A stretch of 64,000 nucleotides of DNA from Parcubacteria group bacterium Greene0714_7 (lineage in GTDB: Bacteria > Patescibacteriota > Minisyncoccia > Phycocordibacterales > Phycocordibacteraceae): contig VMHB01000001.1 in the NCBI GenBank assembly GCA_007378985.1, forward strand, positions 192,252-256,251, in the 5' to 3' direction. The notes under the pieces are model-generated. The model saw nothing but the letters and a program-made list of their open reading frames with translations. It had not been told where the DNA came from and made no database searches. This document shows positions 46,727-54,318 of this stretch, piece by piece. The position numbers were made by a program, and so were the translations under genes. The number at the start of each line of letters is the position of its first letter. The stretch's first letter is position 1.

Positions 46727-47959
46727 TTGATAATGTCTCGTCGCTACACAGTGCAATTTCTCGTTATTTTTGCACTCCTTGCGGTTCCAGTTCTCATTTA
46801 TTTTGCTCCATCTTTTGTAGCTTTTCTTTATCACACTCTTACTTTTTTAGCCCCTCTATGGCTCCCTGTCGCACTTCTAGCGATTGCTTGGCCTCTCTGG
46901 CTCAATGTCATTCGCTCTAGATTCGTTGATTCAATTTCTTATGTCACGCTCGAATTAAAGCCGGGTGATGAAACGCCTTCTACTGCAAAAGCAATGGAGC
47001 TTGTTTTTTATTCTCTGTATCATCGGACAAACATTTCTCGAATAGATGCCTATTTCCATGGCAAAGTTCGTTCATCTTGGTCGTTTGAAGTATATGCACA
47101 CAATGGTCGTGTACGATTTTTTGCCCATGTGCCAGAAAGTTATCGTGTATTACTCGAAGGACGAATCCAAGCGGAATATCGCGATATTGATATTCATGAA
47201 GTGCGTGATTATTCAAGAGAACTTCACTTCGATCCCCTCCATATGCGACTTTCTGCACGCGAATACACTCTCGCAAAACCAGATCCGTATCCACTAAAAA
47301 CCTACGTCTCATATGAAGGTGGGCAGGGGAAACGAGATGTCTTTGGTGAAATTGTAGAAGGGTTAGCGCATACCAATACACATGAACATGTGTTTCTTTC
47401 AATAATAATGCGACCGCATCAACGGGATCGTTACAATATTTTTGAAAATCCACGAGACACGCTTCATGAGGCAGCACACATTGAAATTAAAAAATTAGTT
47501 GGTGCACAAGGTGAAATGAGTAAGCTTGCACCAACAACTAAAACTATAGTGAGTGCTATAGAGTCAGCGTTAAACAAGCCTTCTTTCGATTGTGGCATAC
47601 GGTCTCTTTATATTGCAGACAGAGATCATTTTGATGAATCATATGAACAAAAACTCACACGTTTGCTCGACCCTTTAAACGACAATGATTTGAACAGCTT
47701 TGTTGCGTATGACCCCAATCACCGTCCTGGTTTTGTATTGTCTGAGATCTTTGGTGCAGTACCCATACTCGCCTCATCGCACCTTCTAAATTTATATCGT
47801 CGTCGAGCATTTTTTGCCCCACCGTACTATGGGAAAGCATTTGTGCTTAATACTGAAGAATTAGCAACATTATTTCACTTACCACACGCAAGCAGAGGTA
47901 GTGCACTGGCCCGTATGCGTGGTCTTACGCTGGAACCGCCTGAGAATTTGCCAGTTTAG
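46727..47959 (+). CDS. Hypothetical membrane-anchored protein (410 aa)
   Basis: Two N-terminal transmembrane helices and a large soluble domain with no recognised motifs. Confidence 0.5.
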   Translation: MIMSRRYTVQFLVIFALLAVPVLIYFAPSFVAFLYHTLTFLAPLWLPVALLAIAWPLWLNVIRSRFVDSISYVTLELKPGDETPSTAKAMELVFYSLYHRTNISRIDAYFHGKVRSSWSFEVYAHNGRVRFFAHVPESYRVLLEGRIQAEYRDIDIHEVRDYSRELHFDPLHMRLSAREYTLAKPDPYPLKTYVSYEGGQGKRDVFGEIVEGLAHTNTHEHVFLSIIMRPHQRDRYNIFENPRDTLHEAAHIEIKKLVGAQGEMSKLAPTTKTIVSAIESALNKPSFDCGIRSLYIADRDHFDESYEQKLTRLLDPLNDNDLNSFVAYDPNHRPGFVLSEIFGAVPILASSHLLNLYRRRAFFAPPYYGKAFVLNTEELATLFHLPHASRGSALARMRGLTLEPPENLPV

Positions 47960-47979
47960 AAGAAGGTTCTAGTTTTTAG

Positions 47980-48948
47980 GTGCTAGCTTTTAAAATGGAA
48001 AAAAATACTAAAAAAATAATCTATAGCATTTCGGGAGTTCTGATTGTTTTTCTTTTTGCTACCTACGGTGCATTTTTTGCACCTCCACTTAGTTTTCAGA
48101 AAGATTCCATTGTCACAATTTCCTCAGGGACGGGCGTACAAGAGGCTGGGGAATTGTTGAAAGCAAAGAGTGTTATTCAATCTCCATTCGTGTTTTCAAT
48201 ACTTGTTCGATTTATCTACCCCTCAGGTATTATCGCTAACCACTATTCGTTTTCTAAGCCCCAGTCAGTATTGACTGTTGCGTACCGTCTTGCAAAAGGG
48301 AAAACAGATTTGGTGCCCCTTAAAGTAACTATCCCAGAAGGCTCTAGTTCTTTCGAGATTTCAAACATCCTTGAGGGCACACTTAAGGATTTTGATTCGG
48401 TAACTTTCAAGGCACTCGCAAAATCACAAGAGGGATACTTGTTTCCTGACACCTACTTTTTCTTACCAGGAACCACACCCGACGTAGTGATTGATACGAT
48501 GCGTAAAAACTTTGATGAAAAAATAAAACCACTTGAGAGCGATATTGTTATATTTGGGAAACCAATGAGTGAGATACTCACAATGGCTTCTATTCTTGAA
48601 AGGGAAGCACGTCAGAGTGAAACTAGGAGAATGGTCGCGGGAATATTGTGGAAGCGAATATCTATTGGCATGCCACTTCAGGTTGACGCAGTGTTTGGCT
48701 ATATTTTTCAAAAGAGTGGCTATGCTCCAACGCTCACTGATTTACAAACTGATTCTCTCTACAATACATATTTACATAGAGGACTTCCACCAATGCCCAT
48801 TGGTAACCCTGGTCTTGAGGCAATACAGGACGCCGTCACGCCTACAAAAAATCCTTACCTCTATTACTTAACTGATACAGATGGGAATATATACTATGCA
48901 AAGACATTTGCGGAACATCGGCTCAACAAACTAAAAGCCAGAAACTAA
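47980..48948 (+). CDS. MltG/YceG-like endolytic transglycosylase, second paralog
   Basis: YceG motifs (DSLYNTYLHRGLPPMPIGNPG...YLYYL) and an N-terminal transmembrane helix. Confidence 0.7.
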   Translation: MLAFKMEKNTKKIIYSISGVLIVFLFATYGAFFAPPLSFQKDSIVTISSGTGVQEAGELLKAKSVIQSPFVFSILVRFIYPSGIIANHYSFSKPQSVLTVAYRLAKGKTDLVPLKVTIPEGSSSFEISNILEGTLKDFDSVTFKALAKSQEGYLFPDTYFFLPGTTPDVVIDTMRKNFDEKIKPLESDIVIFGKPMSEILTMASILEREARQSETRRMVAGILWKRISIGMPLQVDAVFGYIFQKSGYAPTLTDLQTDSLYNTYLHRGLPPMPIGNPGLEAIQDAVTPTKNPYLYYLTDTDGNIYYAKTFAEHRLNKLKARN

Positions 48949-48960
48949 CAAGAAATTTCC

Positions 48961-49000
48961 CCATTTCTTATATATCGATTAATCGATATATAAGAAATGG
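48961..49000. promoter_or_regulatory. 40-bp perfect palindrome immediately upstream of a consensus promoter
   Basis: CCATTTCTTATATATCGATTAATCGATATATAAGAAATGG. Confidence 0.6.
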
Positions 49001-49007
49001 ACATGGG

Positions 49008-49036
49008 TTGACAAAATATGATTAAGCTAGTATATT
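49008..49036 (+). promoter_or_regulatory. Sigma-70-like promoter (TTGACA-N17-TATATT) for the 49043-52307 gene string
   Basis: Consensus boxes lie 7 nt upstream of the ATG at 49043. Confidence 0.5.
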
Positions 49037-49042
49037 ACACAG

Positions 49043-49315
49043 ATGGCAGGAGAAGATTATATAGGAGATCGGGTTCGTAGGGGAATCCCTGTTTTAAAGG
49101 CAACTGAGGCTTTGGCAGTAGTTGCTGGTGTTTCTGTACCTGTAGCAGTGGGGCACTTACTTATAGCAGGATTACTTACTCCACCTCTCGGAGCTATTGC
49201 TGCCGGTACTTTTGCGACTTCAGCACTTGTTTTTTGGTTAGCACGAGGATACAGAAAAGGTAGAGAGAGCGTTCTTGATCATTGGAACAAATGGCCAGTC
49301 AGACCCGGTAAATGA
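49043..49315 (+). CDS. Small membrane protein (90 aa, two transmembrane helices)
   Basis: A hydrophobic ORF placed first in the operon. Confidence 0.4.
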   Translation: MAGEDYIGDRVRRGIPVLKATEALAVVAGVSVPVAVGHLLIAGLLTPPLGAIAAGTFATSALVFWLARGYRKGRESVLDHWNKWPVRPGK

Positions 49316-49344
49316 TACTAAAATCGACTTTAAAGTAATATTTT

Positions 49345-49533
49345 ATGTCTTCAGGAAAAAGAGAAACACTTCGAATACAAGGTGAGCGCAATTTTGCGAG
49401 ACTTGTAGATAACATAAGAAGCGCAACTAGTAGAGCTCTGGAGCAGATGACCGAAGACTGGAGTTGCACTGTCTGTGGGCTTGCAGGAATACCTGAAGGT
49501 AGTAGATGTCCAACTTGTAATCCATATAAATAA
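49345..49533 (+). CDS. Small zinc-ribbon protein (62 aa)
   Basis: CTVCG...CPTC Cys4 ribbon at the C-terminus. Confidence 0.4.
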   Translation: MSSGKRETLRIQGERNFARLVDNIRSATSRALEQMTEDWSCTVCGLAGIPEGSRCPTCNPYK

Positions 49534-49581
49534 TTTTTCTTAAAACTGGAAGACTGGGGCTTGAGGCTATAGACTGTCTTC

Positions 49582-50610
49582 ATGGATACTGTTTTTGTAG
49601 GACTCTCTGGAGGTGTTGATTCTGCAGTTTCCGCGTATCTTTTGAAGAAGCAAGGATACAAAGTAGTGGGCGCTTTTATAAAGGGCTGGGAACCTGATTT
49701 TTTGCCATGCACCGGTGTTCGTGATCGTTTGGAAGCAATGAGGGTGGCAGCTCACCTCGGCATTCCATTCGTTACTTACGACTTGTCAGAAGAATATAAG
49801 CGGGGAGTCGTTGATTATTTTGTTAGTGAATACAAGCTCGGTAGGACACCTAATCCTGATGTCATGTGTAATCGAGTTATAAAATTTGGTGCATTTTGGG
49901 AAAAAGCAAAAGCAGATGGAGCCAATCTAATTGCAACCGGCCATTACGTCCAAAAGAAGATGGCAGATGGCAGTTTTCAGATGGCAGTCTCGGAAGATAT
50001 GGAGAAAGATCAAACATATTTTTTGTGGACATTGACACAAGAGGATCTTAGTCATTCTTTCTTTCCAGTAGGTGGACTTGAAAAAAGTGAAGTCAGGCGA
50101 CTTGCACTTGAAGCAAATCTACCAAATGCCTCACGCGCCGACTCGCAAGGGCTTTGTTTTTTAGGGCATGTTGATATGCACGCATTTTTAAAGCGATATC
50201 TACCAACTGAAATAGGTGTTGTGCGAGATGAAAATGGAAAGTCTATTGGTAGTCATGATGGAATTTGGTTTTATACTCTTGGTCAACGGCACGGCTTCGG
50301 TTCTCTTGGAGGTGAACGTTTGTATGTGGTAGCAAAAGATCGTACGAAAAACGAATTAATTGTTTCTACAAGTCCTCTTGGAGAAAATGCGGAGAAATCA
50401 TTTGCATTAACTAATGAGAGTTCGGTAGATGGCTCTCCACTAGTAGGGAAATATTTGGGTCGCTATCGGTATCGTCAGACATTATTGCCTGTGGAAATTC
50501 ATGACGGACAGGCTTCTTTTGACACTCCGCAACGGATAGCCTCTGGGCAGTCGCTCGTGGTGTATGACGAGAGAGGGGAAATAATGCATGGTGGTGCTAT
50601 TATTGAGTAA
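49582..50610 (+). CDS. mnmA: tRNA-specific 2-thiouridylase
   Basis: PP-loop SGGVDS, and catalytic cysteines in PNPDVMCN and DSQGLCF. Confidence 0.9.
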   Translation: MDTVFVGLSGGVDSAVSAYLLKKQGYKVVGAFIKGWEPDFLPCTGVRDRLEAMRVAAHLGIPFVTYDLSEEYKRGVVDYFVSEYKLGRTPNPDVMCNRVIKFGAFWEKAKADGANLIATGHYVQKKMADGSFQMAVSEDMEKDQTYFLWTLTQEDLSHSFFPVGGLEKSEVRRLALEANLPNASRADSQGLCFLGHVDMHAFLKRYLPTEIGVVRDENGKSIGSHDGIWFYTLGQRHGFGSLGGERLYVVAKDRTKNELIVSTSPLGENAEKSFALTNESSVDGSPLVGKYLGRYRYRQTLLPVEIHDGQASFDTPQRIASGQSLVVYDERGEIMHGGAIIE

Positions 50611-50612
50611 CT

Positions 50613-51446
50613 ATGTCGTTGCCTATTATTATAAAAGGAGATGGAAACAAAGAGTCTTTTGCAATAGAAAAACTTACCGAATCTCTGCGTCGCTCAGGAA
50701 CAGATGAGCATTTAGCAGAAGCTGTAGCAAAGCGCGTTGGTGCGACCGTTAAAGACGGTATGACTACTACCGCTATTTACCAAGAAGCTTTCAAAGTACT
50801 CCGCAAGGAGGAGCGTGTTTCAGCAGCCCGATATTCAATGCGCCGAGCTATTCTTGATTTAGGGCCTACTGGTTTTCCATTTGAGAAATTTGTTGCCGCG
50901 CTCATGCATGCAAAAGGATACGAAACTTCGTATGGCATCACGGTGCAGGGAAGATGTATTGATCATGAAGTTGATGTAGTAATGCGAAAAGATGGAAAGG
51001 CAATTGGCGCTGAATTAAAATTTCATAATACCCCCGGATTTAAAACAGATCTAAAGACCGCACTCTATGTGCGTGCAAGATATTGGGATATTCAATGGGG
51101 GGCTGAAGACAGGGAAGAGAAGGCTGGTATTGACGAAGGATGGCTTGTGACGAATACAAAGTTTACTTCGAAAGCTATCCAATATTCAAATTGTTCGGGC
51201 ATTAAACTTCTTGGGTGGAGTTATCCTGATGGCGCCAGTCTTTCTGACTTTATTCGAGAGACGGGTGTCTATCCCATAACGATCTTAACGACACTCTCAC
51301 AAGCAGAAAAAAATCGACTTCTTCAGTCTGGCGTAACAATGTGTCACATGGTAATGAGTGATCCCGATTCACTAAAGCGAATTGGTATTCCAGCAAAAAA
51401 ACAAAGTGAGGTAGTTGCAGAGAGTAAGGCAATTTGTCAGCTGTAA
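50613..51446 (+). CDS. ATP-cone domain protein fused to an Mrr-like PD-(D/E)xK restriction endonuclease domain
   Basis: N-terminal ATP-cone (IIKGDGNKESFAIEKLTESLRRSG). C-terminal Mrr_cat-like D...EVD...ELK core. Confidence 0.65.
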   Translation: MSLPIIIKGDGNKESFAIEKLTESLRRSGTDEHLAEAVAKRVGATVKDGMTTTAIYQEAFKVLRKEERVSAARYSMRRAILDLGPTGFPFEKFVAALMHAKGYETSYGITVQGRCIDHEVDVVMRKDGKAIGAELKFHNTPGFKTDLKTALYVRARYWDIQWGAEDREEKAGIDEGWLVTNTKFTSKAIQYSNCSGIKLLGWSYPDGASLSDFIRETGVYPITILTTLSQAEKNRLLQSGVTMCHMVMSDPDSLKRIGIPAKKQSEVVAESKAICQL

Positions 51447-51470
51447 CATTGTATTTTTTCACAAAGCATT

Positions 51471-52307
51471 ATGTCGCAATACTATAAGCCACACCGTAAA
51501 GTTGATTGGAATTATGGAGGGCCTAGGTGGCGTCTGTCGCGTTCAAAAATAGATCTCTTCATTCAGTGTCCTCGTTGTTTTTATATTGATAATAAGCTTG
51601 GTACTGCACGACCTCCTGGATTTCCATTCAATTTGAACTCAGCCGTCGACAAACTTTTAAAAAAAGAGTTTGATATTCACCGAAATTCAAAAAGTACTCA
51701 TCCATTAATGAGTAAGTATGGTGTTGATGCTATCCCCTTTGAGCATAAAAAGATGGATACATGGAGAGAAAATTTTAAAGGGATTGATTGCTTCCATGCA
51801 CCTACTGGATTCACTGTTTCGGGCGCCATAGATGATGTATGGGTTAGTCCAAAAGGTGAGTTACACATTGTTGATTACAAGGCTACGAGTAAAGATGAGG
51901 AAGTAACCCTTGATGCCGAGTGGCAGGATGGATACAAGCGTCAAATGGAAGTGTACCAATGGCTATTTCGTCAAAACGAGTTCACTGTCTCTGACATGGG
52001 GTATTTTGTGTATGCGAACGGAAGAACAGATACCGAGGCATTCGATGGCAAGCTTGAGTTCGATGTAAAGGTAATCCCGTACGTCGGCAAAGCGGATTGG
52101 ATTGACGGGACTCTTTTGGAAATTAAAGCGTGCCTAGATGCCGATGTAATTCCAAAAACAGGCGAAGCGTGCGATTACTGTACGTACCGCAAAGCAGTTG
52201 GGGAAGTTCTTCAGCCATTTATAAAAAAAGATGTAGGCAGTTCAAAAATAAGTAAGGCAAAATCAAAAGATAGTGAAGATTCACATGAGCAATCCCTTTT
52301 TAGATAA
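51471..52307 (+). CDS. Cas4-like/RecB-family PD-(D/E)xK nuclease with N- and C-terminal Cys pairs (probable Fe-S cluster)
   Basis: Motifs IVDYKAT and QMEVYQWLF (QhxxY), plus the Cys pairs CPRC (N-terminal) and CDYC (C-terminal). Confidence 0.65.
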   Translation: MSQYYKPHRKVDWNYGGPRWRLSRSKIDLFIQCPRCFYIDNKLGTARPPGFPFNLNSAVDKLLKKEFDIHRNSKSTHPLMSKYGVDAIPFEHKKMDTWRENFKGIDCFHAPTGFTVSGAIDDVWVSPKGELHIVDYKATSKDEEVTLDAEWQDGYKRQMEVYQWLFRQNEFTVSDMGYFVYANGRTDTEAFDGKLEFDVKVIPYVGKADWIDGTLLEIKACLDADVIPKTGEACDYCTYRKAVGEVLQPFIKKDVGSSKISKAKSKDSEDSHEQSLFR

Positions 52308-52351
52308 TTTTTTAAATTAACGACTAGTGTCTACAAATTTCTTTTTTGCAT

Positions 52352-52395
52352 GACTGAGAAACTTATTTCCATATATGGAAATAAGTTTCTCAGTC
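52352..52395. promoter_or_regulatory. 44-bp perfect palindrome over the 3' end of the second TrpR-like gene. It is followed on the plus strand by a T-run, so it probably also terminates the Cas4-like gene.
   Basis: GACTGAGAAACTTATTTCCATATATGGAAATAAGTTTCTCAGTC followed by TAATTTTTTCTTTTTT. Confidence 0.6.
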
Positions 52396-52782
52396 TAATT
52401 TTTTCTTTTTTGGTTCTGGAAATAGAAGAAAATGCAACGGGTATTTGCGTTTAAGTGCTCTGAAAGAAAATGGACCATAGTTCGCCTCAAAAAGGTTTTC
52501 CCTCTTTTTGAATTCTTTATCCATGCTTTTGATTGCTTCCTCGAATCCAGGAAATTGATCTTGAAGCCATCGTTCTACTCGGTATATGGTTGCCAATCCA
52601 ACGCGTAGTTTTGTGGCGATGTCATTAGCTCGTTCGCCTTGGATAAGGAGTCGAGCTATCCAAATTCGCCTTCCAAGCATGATTCTCTCGCTTTCAGTGA
52701 GAAGATCGCGCAGGAAGAGTTTCATTGTGCTTCGTCCGCGAACTGATCCCGCTGCAGTGTAGAGAATATCTAGTGTTTTCAT
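52390..52782 (-). CDS. TrpR-like DNA-binding protein (YerC/YecD family), paralog 2
   Basis: MKTLDILYTAAGSVRGRSTMKLFLRDLLTESERIMLGRR matches paralog 1. A strong SD (AAGGAGGAG) precedes the internal ATG chosen as start. Confidence 0.8.
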   Translation of the reverse strand: MKTLDILYTAAGSVRGRSTMKLFLRDLLTESERIMLGRRIWIARLLIQGERANDIATKLRVGLATIYRVERWLQDQFPGFEEAIKSMDKEFKKRENLFEANYGPFSFRALKRKYPLHFLLFPEPKKKKLD

Positions 52783-52875
52783 TTTCTCCTCCTTTCCAAG
52801 GTCGCTAGATTTTCTTTTCATACTGAACATATTTTCATATATGGAAATATCTGCACGAAAACATGGTGTATAACT

Positions 52876-52917
52876 TCACTCACATGTATTTCCATATATG
52901 GAAATACATGTGAGTGA
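52876..52917. promoter_or_regulatory. 42-bp perfect palindrome in the divergent spacer between TrpR-like paralog 2 and the MGMT-like gene. An imperfect copy lies at 52849-52868.
   Basis: TCACTCACATGTATTTCCATATATGGAAATACATGTGAGTGA. The core TTTCCATATATGGAAA is shared with the 52352 palindrome. Confidence 0.6.
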
Positions 52918-52969
52918 ACAGATTTGGGCGTGCAAGATGAGCTAGGCAAAAGGGTGGTATATTTGATAA

Positions 52970-53257
52970 ATGGTGCAGGTATTTTCAAAGAAGTTCAAAG
53001 ATGATTTCAGGGCTCGAGTGGTGGCGGTGGTAAAGAAAATACCGCGCGGAAAAACTATGAGTTATGGGCAGGTTGCTCTGGCAGCTGGGCGTCCAAATGC
53101 AGGAAGGGCAGTTGGAACTATTATGGCGGGAAATCAGGATAAGGGCGTGCCGTGTCACCGAGTGATTCGCTCTGATGGGAAAATTGGGGGCTACAACGGT
53201 CTTCGAGATGGTTTGAGTAAGGAAGAACTTTTAAGAAAGGAAGGGGCGATTAAATAG
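52970..53257 (+). CDS. MGMT-family (O6-alkylguanine alkyltransferase) DNA-binding domain protein, short (95 aa)
   Basis: PCHRV active-site motif and a helix-turn-wing region (MSYGQVALAAGRPNAGRAVG). Confidence 0.7.
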   Translation: MVQVFSKKFKDDFRARVVAVVKKIPRGKTMSYGQVALAAGRPNAGRAVGTIMAGNQDKGVPCHRVIRSDGKIGGYNGLRDGLSKEELLRKEGAIK

Positions 53258-53325
53258 ATTCAAGGTACAGGATTCAAGAAGCAAGAATTAAAAAACCTTT
53301 ACTCCTGAATCGCGAATCTTACTTC

Positions 53326-54009
53326 TTGAATGCAAGGCATATGGAAATACGCATTGAGCAATCTTGGAAAGAAAAATTGAAAGAGGAATTTGAAAAGCCA
53401 TATTTCAAAACACTGATTTCATTTGTTAAAGATGCCTATACAAAAGGTTCGGTATACCCACATCCAAAAAATATCTTCCGTGCGTTTGATTTATGTCCAT
53501 TTGGTGCGGTTAAGGTAGTTATCTTGGGTCAGGATCCGTATCACGGAGAAGGCCAGGCAAATGGCCTTTCGTTTGCAGTAGAGGAAGGAGTACGACCACC
53601 GCCATCGCTTCAAAATATTTTCAAAGAAATTCAATCAGATATTGGTAAGCCTCTTGTTCATACGAACGGTGACTTATCAAGGTGGGCAACGCAGGGAGTA
53701 CTACTTTTAAACGCAACGCTCACTGTGCAAGCGAATACGGCAGGCTCGCATCAGGGTAAAGGTTGGGAAGAGTTTACTGATGCGGCAATTAAATTACTTT
53801 CAGAAGAACGTGAACACCTAGTGTTTATTCTTTGGGGTAATTATGCCAAAGCAAAAGGTGCGCATATTGATCGCACTAAACATCTTGTTATTGAATCGCC
53901 ACACCCATCACCTTTCTCGGCCTTTAGTGGATTTTTTGGAAGTAAACCTTTCAGTAAAACAAACACGTATCTTATGGTTAAGGGACACGCTCCTATTGAT
54001 TGGCTCTGA
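53326..54009 (+). CDS. ung: Uracil-DNA glycosylase (family 1)
   Basis: Catalytic motifs GQDPYH and HPSPLS-like (SPHPSPFSA). Confidence 0.9.
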   Translation: MNARHMEIRIEQSWKEKLKEEFEKPYFKTLISFVKDAYTKGSVYPHPKNIFRAFDLCPFGAVKVVILGQDPYHGEGQANGLSFAVEEGVRPPPSLQNIFKEIQSDIGKPLVHTNGDLSRWATQGVLLLNATLTVQANTAGSHQGKGWEEFTDAAIKLLSEEREHLVFILWGNYAKAKGAHIDRTKHLVIESPHPSPFSAFSGFFGSKPFSKTNTYLMVKGHAPIDWL

Positions 54010-54079
54010 ATGTTATCCACTTATGTTCTACTTGTACCCGTAATCAATTTATGTGGGTGATACAAATAAAAAGTAAGTT

Positions 54080-54301
54080 ATGGGTGCACACTGTTCAGAA
54101 CGTCATCTGGTGGATAAATTGAGAGATTTAGGATTTGAAGGGCCTGTCCCCGGTGGCCATCATAAGAAAATGACGAGAGATGGAAAAACAGTTGCAATAC
54201 CGAACACACATGGGAGCGGTCAACTCGACATTTGCGCAAAACTTCTTTTTAAAATTTTACGAGAGGGAGGGGTTACAAAAGATGAGTGGCGTCAGAATTA
54301 A
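54080..54301 (+). CDS. hicA: HicA-like (YcfA) mRNA interferase toxin with no adjacent HicB
   Basis: HicA pattern GGHHKKMTRDGKTVAIPNTHGSGQLDICAKLLFKIL. Confidence 0.5.
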   Translation: MGAHCSERHLVDKLRDLGFEGPVPGGHHKKMTRDGKTVAIPNTHGSGQLDICAKLLFKILREGGVTKDEWRQN

Positions 54302-54318
54302 TTCCTTAATTAATACCT

